From an uncultured virus (IMG/VR IMGVR_UViG_2636415832_000002) (taxonomy: Duplodnaviria > Heunggongvirae > Uroviricota > Caudoviricetes): a stretch of 64,000 nucleotides of DNA. How positions within the stretch are numbered: the stretch's first letter is position 1; every line of letters begins with the position of its first letter. The notes under the pieces were generated by a model that did not search any database, had not been told where the DNA came from, and worked only from the letters and a program-made list of their open reading frames with translations. The stretch lies in the IMG/VR virus record IMGVR_UViG_2636415832_000002. One strand, given 5' to 3'. This document shows, in pieces, positions 28,277-37,596 of this stretch. Position numbers and translations under genes: made by a program.

Positions 28277-29527
28277 ATGCCTATGAATCTAATAAAAGGA
28301 CTGTTTCGTTCAAGAGACAAACCGCAAAATCGTGTGGGTAGTGCGTTCTCCTTCCTGTTTGGCGGTACGTCATCTGGCAAAATGGTTAATGAACGTACTG
28401 CAATGCAGGTAACAGCAGTGTATGCCTGCGTAAGGATATTAGCTGAAGCGATTGCCGGACTGCCACTCCATGTATATAGATATCGTTCTGATGGAGGTAA
28501 AGAAAGGATTCCTTTCCACCCGTTGTATTACCTTCTTCATGATGAACCAAATCCAGAGATGACTTCATTCGTGTTTCGAGAAACACTGATGAGTCATCTT
28601 TTGCTTTGGGGCAATGCCTATGCACAGGTGGTCAGAAACGGTCGTGGGCAGGCAGTGGCTCTTTATCCCCTACTCCCTAACAAAATGGAAGTTAGCCGAG
28701 CAACAAATGGTGAGCTGGTCTACACCTATTACCGTGATACTGACGAAAGTGGTCTAAACCCAAAAGGTGGCTATGTCACACTCCGTAAAGATGAAGTTCT
28801 ACACATACCCGGCTTAGGTTTTGATGGACTCATTGGTTATAGCCCAATCGCTATGGCAAAAAATGCAATCGGTATGTCACTTGCTACTGAAGAATACGGT
28901 GCGGCATTCTTTGCCAATGGTGCTAATCCCGGAGGTGTGCTGGAACACCCAGGAGTAATCAAAGATATACAGAGGGTCAAGGATAGTTGGAATAGTGCCT
29001 ACCAAGGCACAGGCAATGCTCACAAAATTGCTGTGTTGGAAGAGGGCATGAAGTTCCAAGCCATTGGTATCCCGCCTGAACAGGCACAATTCCTAGAAAC
29101 ACGGAAATTCCAAATTAATGAGATTGCGAGGATTTTCCGAGTACCGCCCCATATGGTGGGAGATTTAGAGAAATCCAGTTTCTCCAATATTGAGCAGCAG
29201 TCTTTGGAGTTTGTAAAATACACCCTCGATCCTTGGGTCGTGCGATGGGAACAAAGTCTCCAGCAATCGCTTATTTTGCCTTCTGAGAAAACTTCACTGT
29301 TTATCAAGTTCAATTTGGACGGTCTGCTTCGTGGTGATTACCAAAGTCGTATGAATGGCTACGCTACAGGTCGTCAAAATGGCTGGATGTCAGCCAACGA
29401 TATCCGTGAACTGGAGGACATGAACAGAATACCAGCTCAGGAAGGTGGCGATTTATATCTGGTTAACGGAAATATGACAAAACTGGCTGACGCAGGTGCG
29501 TTTGCCAAAACCGAAGGAGGTCAGTAA
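28277..29527 (+). CDS. Portal protein (HK97 family)
   Basis: AVYACVRILAEAIAGLP, GNAYA, GYSPI, QFLETRKF, IARIFRVPP. Confidence 0.95.
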   Translation: MPMNLIKGLFRSRDKPQNRVGSAFSFLFGGTSSGKMVNERTAMQVTAVYACVRILAEAIAGLPLHVYRYRSDGGKERIPFHPLYYLLHDEPNPEMTSFVFRETLMSHLLLWGNAYAQVVRNGRGQAVALYPLLPNKMEVSRATNGELVYTYYRDTDESGLNPKGGYVTLRKDEVLHIPGLGFDGLIGYSPIAMAKNAIGMSLATEEYGAAFFANGANPGGVLEHPGVIKDIQRVKDSWNSAYQGTGNAHKIAVLEEGMKFQAIGIPPEQAQFLETRKFQINEIARIFRVPPHMVGDLEKSSFSNIEQQSLEFVKYTLDPWVVRWEQSLQQSLILPSEKTSLFIKFNLDGLLRGDYQSRMNGYATGRQNGWMSANDIRELEDMNRIPAQEGGDLYLVNGNMTKLADAGAFAKTEGGQ

Positions 29528-30217
29528 ATGAGGAAGTTTTGGAACTGGGTGCGAGATTCTGATGAAGAACGTACCCTCTATTTAAATGGAGTGATATCCG
29601 AAGAAACGTGGTGGGGGGATGAGGTTACACCTAAGATTTTTAAAGATGAATTGCTGGCAGGCATCGGCGATATTACGGTGTGGATTAATTCCCCTGGCGG
29701 TGATGTGTTCGCAGCAGCCCAGATTTATAACATGCTGATGGAGTATACCGGAAAAGTCAATGTAAAGATTGATGGGCTTGCGGCAAGTGCGGCATCCGTT
29801 ATTGCAATGGCAGGTGGAGATGTATATATGTCCCCAGTTTCCATGCTGATGATTCATAACCCGTCAACTATTGCTATCGGTGACAGTGAGGAAATGCTAC
29901 GAGCAAAAGCACTATTAGATGAGGTTAAGGAAAGTATTATTAATGCCTATGAGTTAAAAACGGGTCTTTCCCGAACAAAACTCTCCCATCTGATGGATGC
30001 AGAATCATGGATGAATGCAAATAAAGCAATTGAACTTGGTTTTGCAGACAAGATCATGTTCATGGAAAGTGAAACACCAGATTTGACGGATAGTCTTATC
30101 TTTAGCAGGATGGCGGTTACTAACTCGCTTATCAGCAAATTGCCAAAACAACCAAAACAGAAAACAGGTACACCCATTGAGTCGCTAGATAAGCGGCTTT
30201 CTTTAATTTCGCACTAA
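29528..30217 (+). CDS. ClpP-like prohead protease
   Basis: INSPGGDVF, GLAASAAS, MIHNP, ESWMNA. Confidence 0.92.
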   Translation: MRKFWNWVRDSDEERTLYLNGVISEETWWGDEVTPKIFKDELLAGIGDITVWINSPGGDVFAAAQIYNMLMEYTGKVNVKIDGLAASAASVIAMAGGDVYMSPVSMLMIHNPSTIAIGDSEEMLRAKALLDEVKESIINAYELKTGLSRTKLSHLMDAESWMNANKAIELGFADKIMFMESETPDLTDSLIFSRMAVTNSLISKLPKQPKQKTGTPIESLDKRLSLISH

Positions 30218-30236
30218 TTTAAAGGAGGAAATAACA

Positions 30237-31430
30237 ATGAGTAAAATTCTTGAATTGCGTGAGAAACGCGCTAAAGCATGGGACGCAGCAAAGGCATTCC
30301 TTGATTCAAAACGTGGCGGTGATGGACTGTTATCCGCTGAGGACACGACCACCTATGAAAAAATGGAAGCCGATGTGGTGGCTCTTGGAAAGGAAATTGA
30401 ACGTTTAGAACGCCAAGCATCTATCGACTTGGAACTGTCGAAAGCAACCAGTAACCCAATTACCAACGAACCTACTAGAACTGGAGAGGAAAAGACCGGT
30501 CGTGCAAGTGCTGAATACAAAAAAGCTTTCTGGAATGCGATGCGTGACAATGTTAGCTATGAAGTAAGAAACGCACTAAAGATTGGCACTGATTCTGAAG
30601 GCGGATTTCTTGTACCAGATGAGTTTGAACGTACTCTAGTAGAAGCTCTTGAGGAAGAAAATATTTTCCGTAGATTGGCTAATGTAATCACTACATCTTC
30701 TGGTGACCGTAAGATTCCTGTTGTTGCAAGCAAAGGTACAGCAAGCTGGATAGATGAAGAAGGAGCTATCCCAGAAAGTGATGACAGCTTCGGTCAAGTA
30801 TCCATCGGGGCCTATAAACTAGCGACAATGATTAAAGTCTCTGAGGAGCTACTAAACGATTCTGTGTTTAATCTCGAAAGCTACATCACAAGAGAATTTG
30901 CCCGTCGCATTGGGAACAAGGAGGAGGAAGCCTTCTTTGTAGGTGATGGCACAGGTAAACCAACAGGGATTTTAAATGCCACAGGCGGCGGTCAAGTTGG
31001 TGTTACTGCGGCAAGTGCCACTGCCATTACTTTGGATGAGGTTTTAGATTTATTCTACAGCTTGAAAGCACCTTATCGTAATAAGGCAGTATTCGTAATG
31101 AATGATGCCACTATAAAAGCTATCCGTAAATTAAAAGACGGTAATGGTCAGTACCTATGGCAACCTTCCATCCAAGCGGGAACACCTGATACGATTCTTA
31201 ACCGTCCGCTGTACACGTCATCCTATGTACCTACTATTGAAGCAGGTGCAAAGACTGTGGTATTCGGTGATTTTAGTTATTACTGGGTGGCAGACCGTCA
31301 AGGACGAGTATTCAAACGCTTAAATGAACTCTTTGCTGTCACAGGTCAAGTAGGATTTATTGCGACTCAACGAGTTGATGGAAAGCTTATCTTACCGGAG
31401 GCCGTTAAGGTACTCCAACAGAAAGCCTAA
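30237..31430 (+). CDS. Major capsid protein (HK97 fold)
   Basis: N-terminal coiled-coil delta domain, GGFLVPDEF, LKDGNGQYLWQP, FGDFS, RVDG. Confidence 0.95.
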   Translation: MSKILELREKRAKAWDAAKAFLDSKRGGDGLLSAEDTTTYEKMEADVVALGKEIERLERQASIDLELSKATSNPITNEPTRTGEEKTGRASAEYKKAFWNAMRDNVSYEVRNALKIGTDSEGGFLVPDEFERTLVEALEEENIFRRLANVITTSSGDRKIPVVASKGTASWIDEEGAIPESDDSFGQVSIGAYKLATMIKVSEELLNDSVFNLESYITREFARRIGNKEEEAFFVGDGTGKPTGILNATGGGQVGVTAASATAITLDEVLDLFYSLKAPYRNKAVFVMNDATIKAIRKLKDGNGQYLWQPSIQAGTPDTILNRPLYTSSYVPTIEAGAKTVVFGDFSYYWVADRQGRVFKRLNELFAVTGQVGFIATQRVDGKLILPEAVKVLQQKA

Positions 31431-31442
31431 CGGAGGTACTTT

Positions 31443-31655
31443 ATGAGTTATAACACGAAGAATTATACCGAACAAGGCGGAGAAAAAACTGTCATCGGAG
31501 GTGTTTTAGAAATTAAAGAAGGGGCCTCGGTTATGGGGCTTCCTATTGTAGAAAACCAGGCAGACAGCATAGCCACCGATGTTGCTGGTTTAGTTACGGA
31601 CTTCAATTCCCTGCTTGCCAAACTAAAGGCAGCGGGGCTTATGGAGACTGACTAA
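31443..31655 (+). CDS. Small head decoration/fibre-like protein
   Basis: NYTEQGGEKTVIGG; DFNSLLAKLKAAG; follows capsid. Confidence 0.6.
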   Translation: MSYNTKNYTEQGGEKTVIGGVLEIKEGASVMGLPIVENQADSIATDVAGLVTDFNSLLAKLKAAGLMETD

Positions 31656-31681
31656 GGTGGAATGTAAAGGAGGTTGGTAGT

Positions 31682-32002
31682 ATGGCAGTGGCAGATAATC
31701 TCTTGCCTAAAGTTAAAGCGAACTTAATTTTAACGCATGATCAGGATGATTCCCTCCTTATTGGATTTATCACTGCTGCAGTTTCATATGCACAGAGCTA
31801 TCAGCATGTTCCTGAAAACTATTATGAAACCCATGCCATGCCTCCAACAACAGAACAGGCAGTGATTATGTTGTCGAGTCATTTCTATGAAAGCAGGGAT
31901 GGCTCGACGGCAGGTTTCTCTGCAGATAGTGTACAGGCGGGGCAACAAGTATGGAACACAGTGAACTTACTTTTACGACTTGACCGAGAGTGGGGTGTTT
32001 AG
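31682..32002 (+). CDS. Head-tail connector (gp6-like)
   Basis: VKANL...DDSLL...QAVIMLSSHFYESR. Confidence 0.85.
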   Translation: MAVADNLLPKVKANLILTHDQDDSLLIGFITAAVSYAQSYQHVPENYYETHAMPPTTEQAVIMLSSHFYESRDGSTAGFSADSVQAGQQVWNTVNLLLRLDREWGV

Positions 32003-32003
32003 T

Positions 32004-32339
32004 ATGAGTTTTGGAAAGATGAACACCTTCATCGATATCATCTGTACGGTACCAATAAAGGATGAGGAAGGCTTCGCCACAAAAGGTGACAACATACTCG
32101 CTAGTGTACTTGCTTATAAGGAAGATAGGCATGGCAGTGAACGGTGGACGAATATGGCATCATTTTCATCTGCAACTTCCCTATTCAGGTTCAGGAAAAT
32201 CTTCGGACTTAAGGTGACGAATGAAATGGTCATCGTCTGTGATGATGGAAGATATCAGATTTTAAGTGTTGAGGATGTAAGAAATCGAGGAATGTATGTC
32301 GAGGTTTTAGCTGAAAAGCTAGAACCAACTGTGAGGTGA
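32004..32339 (+). CDS. Head closure / head-tail adaptor
   Basis: GKMNTFIDI...RYQILSVEDV; synteny. Confidence 0.75.
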   Translation: MSFGKMNTFIDIICTVPIKDEEGFATKGDNILASVLAYKEDRHGSERWTNMASFSSATSLFRFRKIFGLKVTNEMVIVCDDGRYQILSVEDVRNRGMYVEVLAEKLEPTVR

Positions 32340-32344
32340 TGGAT

Positions 32345-32776
32345 ATGGCAAAAGCGAATATAAAGATGCCAGAAGAATTCCTTTTAAAGGTATCTCGATT
32401 AGCTGACCAGACCGATGTGATTCTTCCTAAGGTTTTGGAAGTTGGCGGTGAAGTGGTGCTGGATAAAGTTAAAGGAAATCTAAGTAAGGTGGTTGGCAAG
32501 GGCACGAAATATCCATCTAAAAGTACGGGCGAGCTGCTATCTTCATTAGGACTCTCGAGTGCAAAGCAGGATAGAAACGGTAACTTCAATGTAAAAGTTG
32601 GCTTTGCTGAGCCGCGATCTGACGGTGAGAGCAATGCTAAACTTGCCAGCATCATCGAATATGGCAAACATGGTCAGCCTGCAAAACCCTTCCTAAAGCC
32701 TGCGAGGAATACATCCAGGAAACCTTGCATCAACGCAATGGTCGCCAAGCTGGAGGAGGAGATCGAGAAAATATGA
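32345..32776 (+). CDS. HK97 gp10-like tail component
   Basis: STGELLSS, IEYGKHGQPAKPFLKPA. Confidence 0.8.
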   Translation: MAKANIKMPEEFLLKVSRLADQTDVILPKVLEVGGEVVLDKVKGNLSKVVGKGTKYPSKSTGELLSSLGLSSAKQDRNGNFNVKVGFAEPRSDGESNAKLASIIEYGKHGQPAKPFLKPARNTSRKPCINAMVAKLEEEIEKI

Positions 32777-33114
32777 ATATTTTAGAGGAATTGAATACCC
32801 TTGTTTCCACTATACCGCTTCCCGTGGAAACCGGGGTTTTTTCAGGTTTGGCACCAGATGAGTATGTCGTGATTCTCCCTCTTTCGGATATTTTTGAAGT
32901 TCATGCTGATAACCGTCCAGGCTTTGATGTGCAGGAAGCGAGGATATCACTGTTCTCTAAAAATAACTATCTAAGGCGGAAAAGACAGCTCACAACTTCT
33001 TTAATAAATGCAGAGTTTACTGTGACAGAACGAAGATATATCGGTCACGAGGATGATACTGGATATCATCATTACGCCATCGATGTGGCTAAAAACTATA
33101 GATTGGAGGAATAA
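32773..33114 (+). CDS. Tail terminator-like protein
   Basis: Position before major tail gene; HEDDTGYHHYAIDV. Confidence 0.65.
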   Translation: MNILEELNTLVSTIPLPVETGVFSGLAPDEYVVILPLSDIFEVHADNRPGFDVQEARISLFSKNNYLRRKRQLTTSLINAEFTVTERRYIGHEDDTGYHHYAIDVAKNYRLEE

Positions 33115-33117
33115 CAC

Positions 33118-33708
33118 ATGGCAACGATCGGTCTTGATAGACTGTACTATTCAAAAATAACCGAGGACGCTAACGGTGAGGAAACTTATGCCCAACCTTC
33201 TGTACTTGCAAAAGCCATCACTGCTGAACTCTCGGTAGAACTGGTGGAAGCAATTCTGTATGCTGACGATGGCGCAGCTGAGGTTGTGAAAGACTTTAAT
33301 AGCGGTACTCTCACTCTCGGTGTAGACGACATTGGCCCGACAGTCGCAGCGGATTTAACTGGAGCTTCTACTGATGACAACGGGGTATTAATCTCAGCCA
33401 GTGAAAACGTGGGTACACCAGTTGCAGTAGGGTTTCGTGCGCAAAGGGCTAACGGAACATACCGCTATTTTTGGCTGTATCGCGTTAAGTTTGGACTACC
33501 AGCTACCAACTTACAGACAAAGGCTGATTCCATTACCTTTTCAACACCCACCATTGAAGGAACTGTTATGCGTAGGAATAAGCTGGATGGATTGGGCAAG
33601 CACCCATGGAAAGCGGAAGTTACAGAAGGTGATCCGGGTGTTTCATCGACCACCATAACAGGCTGGTTCACTGAGGTCTATGAACCTGTATATACACCTG
33701 AACCATAG
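33118..33708 (+). CDS. Major tail protein (phi13 family)
   Basis: IGLDRLYY, LYADDG, YRYFWLYRVKF, TKADSITF. Confidence 0.88.
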   Translation: MATIGLDRLYYSKITEDANGEETYAQPSVLAKAITAELSVELVEAILYADDGAAEVVKDFNSGTLTLGVDDIGPTVAADLTGASTDDNGVLISASENVGTPVAVGFRAQRANGTYRYFWLYRVKFGLPATNLQTKADSITFSTPTIEGTVMRRNKLDGLGKHPWKAEVTEGDPGVSSTTITGWFTEVYEPVYTPEP

Positions 33709-33719
33709 GAGGAGAAATA

Positions 33720-34106
33720 ATGGATAATGAAAGAAGTGCCTCAATCAACATAGGTGACAAAGAGTATGAACTGGTTTTAACTACACGTGCAACAAAGGCC
33801 ATTGCCGGTCGTTACGGTGGTCTTGAAAACCTTGGAGAAAAACTGATGAAATCAGAAAACTTCGAGATGGCACTGGACGAGATTGTTTGGCTAATCACGC
33901 TGCTTGCAAACCAGTCCATTTTGATTCGCAATCTTAAGAATAAGAACGCACCAGAAGAATTGTTGACAGAGGAAGAAGTGGAGCTTCTTACCTCACCGCT
34001 TGACTTAGCGGCATATAAAACTGCAATTACCGAGGCGATGTTCAAAGGTACAAAGAGAAATGTAGAAAGTGAGGAGGAAACTCCAAAAAACGTGGAAGTC
34101 GGGTAA
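33720..34106 (+). CDS. Tail assembly chaperone (G-like)
   Basis: Between major tail and tape measure genes; ends in slippery A AAA AAC. Confidence 0.78.
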   Translation: MDNERSASINIGDKEYELVLTTRATKAIAGRYGGLENLGEKLMKSENFEMALDEIVWLITLLANQSILIRNLKNKNAPEELLTEEEVELLTSPLDLAAYKTAITEAMFKGTKRNVESEEETPKNVEVG

Positions 34107-34294
34107 CGGACGCTGAGGTCTTTACCCGGCTTCTTTATTATGGAACAGTTCAGATGGGCATGGAGACAGAGGAATTCTGGCTTCTGCCAATTGGGCTGTT
34201 TTTTGATTTATGGACTTGCCACAAGCAATGGCATGGTATTGAAAAACCAAAGAAAACTCGGACCATTGACGATATTATCCCACTAGGCATATAG
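34085..34294 (+). CDS. -1 frameshift extension of tail assembly chaperone (GT-like)
   Basis: Startless open -1 frame KKRGSRVTDAEVFTRLLYYG...IDDIIPLGI* beginning at heptamer 34085-34091. Confidence 0.7.
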   Translation, partial: KKRGSRVTDAEVFTRLLYYGTVQMGMETEEFWLLPIGLFFDLWTCHKQWHGIEKPKKTRTIDDIIPLGI

Positions 34295-34308
34295 GAGGAG
34301 GTGAAGGG

Positions 34309-36729
34309 ATGGCGGACAATTTTGGATTAAAAATAGGTGTCGAGGGTGAGCGAGAATTTAAGAAGGCACTCTCGGAAATTAATCAATCATTTAAGGTACT
34401 AGGTAGTGAAATGGCCCTTGTAACCAGTCAATTTGATAAGAATGATAAATCCATTCAATCGATCACGGCACGAAATGCCGTTTTAAATAAAGAAATTGAC
34501 GCACAGAAAGAAAAGATTTCAACCCTTAAGGCTGCCCTTGACAATGCCTCCTCCTCTTTCGGTGAAAATGACCGCCGCACCCAAAACTGGCAGATCCAAT
34601 TAAATAGGGCTCAGGCAGAACTGAATCTAATGGAGCGTGAACTAGAAGAGTCCACAATTGAAGCGGATAATCTCGGTGAAGAGTTAGAGGATTCTGGTAA
34701 AAGTGCAGAGGATGCTGGTGGCAGGTTTGAAAAGCTTGGGGGTGTACTTAAGGGAATTAGTGTGGCGATGGGTGCGGTTGCCGTTGCCGCTGGAGCCGCG
34801 GCTATTAAGTTAGGTAAAGAGGTAGTTACTCAGTTCGGAGAATTAGAACAAAACCTAGGTGGATCGGAGGCGGTTTTTGGTGCATACGCTGCATCGATTC
34901 AGAAAACGGGTGAGGAAGCTTATAAAAATCTTGGGGTTTCCCAAAGTGAGTATCTTGCGACCGCCAACAAAATGGGTGCGTTGTTCCAAGGTTCTGGTAT
35001 ACAGCAACAGAGAAGTCTTGAGCTAACTGAAAAGGCTATGCAACGTGCGGCAGACATGGCATCTGTTATGGGTATAGATATGTCTTCTGCATTGGAGGCG
35101 GTCACAGGTGCGGCAAAGGGTAACTTTGATATGATGGATAACTTGGGTGTTGCGATGAACGCTACCAATATCGAAGCCTACGCACTTGCAAAAGGTCTGG
35201 ATTTCACTTGGAACACCGCCACACAAGCGGAAAAGGCTGAAGTAGCCATGCAGATGTTTTTTGAGAACACAGAGCAGTATGCAGGCAACTTTGCGAGAGA
35301 GTCAACGGAGACAATCTCCGGTTCTATTGGATTGCTACAGGCCGCACTTGGCTCATTTACAGCCGGACTTGGTAATGCCAATGCTGATATGACGAATCTG
35401 ACTGAGAACCTTGTTGATGCTTTCGAGGCGGTTGTCACTAACATAGTACCGGTTTTAGAAAATATCGTAGCCGCCTTACCAACAGCGACAGGCGCAATAT
35501 TAGCGGCGGTTGCAGACTTGCTACCAATGCTTCTTGAATTAGTTACAAATATATTTGCGCAAGTACTGGAAACAATTTTAAATCTTTTACCAGAACTTAT
35601 CCCAGCAGCAGTAAGTGCTCTAATGACGATTGTTGGAGCGTTAATTGATAACCTTCCGCTACTGATAAATGCAGCAATCGAACTAGTAACAGCACTAGTG
35701 GAGGGGATCGGCATCGCTTTACCACAACTCATCCCTGCGGCAGTTTCTGCTGTTATGCAGATTGTCCAAGGATTGATGGATAACCTACCACTCATTTTGG
35801 ATGCCGCTTTGCAGTTGATTATAGGATTAGCAAAGGGATTGGTAGACGCAATACCTCAGCTTACTTCTGCATTGCCTGTCATCATCAAAGCAATAGTGGA
35901 TTTTATCATTAAATCTATTCCGCAGATTATTGAAGCGGGTATTCAATTATTGTCCTCACTGGTTACAGCTTTGCCTACCATTATTACAGCAGTTGTGGAA
36001 GCAATTCCGCAAATTATCGACAGTATCATCAATGCTGTTATTGGCTCGATTCCTTTGATTATTGATGCAGGTATCCGGCTTCTAGTTTCACTCATTCAGG
36101 CATTGCCGCAGATTATTACTACTGTTGTAGGTGCTATTCCCAAGATTGTTAGCTCGCTGGTCAATGCCGTTATTGGTAACATCGATAAGATTATCTTAGC
36201 GGGTGTACAACTGTTTGTGGCATTGATTGCAAACCTACCAAGGATAATCGTGGAGATTGTTAAAGCAGTACCGCAGATTATCTCTGGACTGATCAAAGCC
36301 TTTACTGGCTATATCGGTCAAATGGCTCAAGTGGGTGGCAATCTGATTAAAGGTCTATGGCAAGGTATTTCAGACGCAGGGGCATGGCTATGGAGTAAAA
36401 TATCTGGATTTTTCGGAAATGTTGTTTCAAGGATTAAAGACTTCTTCGGTATCCGCTCTCCTTCAACCCTATTTGCTGGAATTGGCCGCAACATGGGTGA
36501 AGGTATCGGTGTAGGTTTTGAGGATGCAATGACAGCAGTTTCAAGGGATATGCAAAATGCAGTGCCAACCAGCTTTGACTTTAATTACAGAGGTGTATCT
36601 GGGCAAGGCAATGCCACTGGTGCAAGTATCACTCAAAACATTTCTGTAGTGACACCTAAGGCTCTATCAGAAAAAGAACTAGCACGGGAGTTTAAGAACC
36701 TATCCCGTAAACTGGCACTTGAATTGTAA
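34309..36729 (+). CDS. Tail tape measure protein
   Basis: 806 aa, N-terminal coiled coil, repeated L/I-P-x-I-I units, FFGIRSPS. Confidence 0.9.
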   Translation: MADNFGLKIGVEGEREFKKALSEINQSFKVLGSEMALVTSQFDKNDKSIQSITARNAVLNKEIDAQKEKISTLKAALDNASSSFGENDRRTQNWQIQLNRAQAELNLMERELEESTIEADNLGEELEDSGKSAEDAGGRFEKLGGVLKGISVAMGAVAVAAGAAAIKLGKEVVTQFGELEQNLGGSEAVFGAYAASIQKTGEEAYKNLGVSQSEYLATANKMGALFQGSGIQQQRSLELTEKAMQRAADMASVMGIDMSSALEAVTGAAKGNFDMMDNLGVAMNATNIEAYALAKGLDFTWNTATQAEKAEVAMQMFFENTEQYAGNFARESTETISGSIGLLQAALGSFTAGLGNANADMTNLTENLVDAFEAVVTNIVPVLENIVAALPTATGAILAAVADLLPMLLELVTNIFAQVLETILNLLPELIPAAVSALMTIVGALIDNLPLLINAAIELVTALVEGIGIALPQLIPAAVSAVMQIVQGLMDNLPLILDAALQLIIGLAKGLVDAIPQLTSALPVIIKAIVDFIIKSIPQIIEAGIQLLSSLVTALPTIITAVVEAIPQIIDSIINAVIGSIPLIIDAGIRLLVSLIQALPQIITTVVGAIPKIVSSLVNAVIGNIDKIILAGVQLFVALIANLPRIIVEIVKAVPQIISGLIKAFTGYIGQMAQVGGNLIKGLWQGISDAGAWLWSKISGFFGNVVSRIKDFFGIRSPSTLFAGIGRNMGEGIGVGFEDAMTAVSRDMQNAVPTSFDFNYRGVSGQGNATGASITQNISVVTPKALSEKELAREFKNLSRKLALEL

Positions 36730-36742
36730 AGGAGGTACGGCA

Positions 36743-37594
36743 ATGGAACTAACATATACCAATAGAGATGGAGAGAGTATTACGCTAAAGCAAAGCCGAC
36801 CGTACTTTCTTACGAAGATAGATGGTACTGGCAACATCCGTCAAACTGTTAACACTTTCAAGGCGCCAGACCAAGATGGCGCTTTTTATATTTCCTCCAC
36901 ACTAGATATGCGAAACATAACGATTGAAGGTACGGTTGTTGCTGATACTCCCGATGAAGCTTATAAAAGGAGACAACACTTCCTTCAAATATTCAGCCCA
37001 AAGCTACTAGGAACCCTTCAATACCGTGAGAGACAGATTTCCTGCGTGGTGGAGGAAGCAGGTTTTAGTGTTTCTAATCGGCAACGAATACCAAACTTCT
37101 TTGTCAGTCTGCTCTGCCCATCCCCTTTCTTTGAGACATTAAATGAGGTGCGAGAGGAACTGGCATCATGGATACCGCTATTTGAGTTTGAATTGGAAAT
37201 TCCAATGACTGGGATGGAGTTCGGAATGCGTCAACCTAGCCAAATCATTACGGTGGAAAATATAGGGGATGTATCTTGTGGATGCGAGATAGTGTTTAGG
37301 GCCTTAGGTACTGTGTCGAACCCTGAACTATTAAACATAGACACGGGAGAATATATCCGACTTCTCACTACAATGAGCGCTGGGGATGAACTTCGTGTAT
37401 ATACCCATTTCGCTGGTAAGCGTGTGATCCAAGTTGATGGTTCAACGGTTACAAATGCTTTTTCACTGTTGGATACCAATTCGGTGTTCTTTCAACTGGC
37501 GGCAGGCCTTAATACACTGAGATACGATGCTTCTGTCAATATGGAATTGTTAGAGGTTAGTATTTACTTTCGTCCGCAGTTTCTGGGGGTGTGA
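36743..37594 (+). CDS. Distal tail protein
   Basis: Follows TMP; QDGAFY...RNITIEG, LLCPSPFF, GLNTLRY. Confidence 0.8.
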   Translation: MELTYTNRDGESITLKQSRPYFLTKIDGTGNIRQTVNTFKAPDQDGAFYISSTLDMRNITIEGTVVADTPDEAYKRRQHFLQIFSPKLLGTLQYRERQISCVVEEAGFSVSNRQRIPNFFVSLLCPSPFFETLNEVREELASWIPLFEFELEIPMTGMEFGMRQPSQIITVENIGDVSCGCEIVFRALGTVSNPELLNIDTGEYIRLLTTMSAGDELRVYTHFAGKRVIQVDGSTVTNAFSLLDTNSVFFQLAAGLNTLRYDASVNMELLEVSIYFRPQFLGV

Positions 37595-37596
37595 AA

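Noticed and set aside
35178..35795. 205-aa antisense ORF inside tape measure gene (and many similar shadow ORFs across the window)
   Set aside because: Explained by codon bias of the sense gene; no RBS or domain evidence
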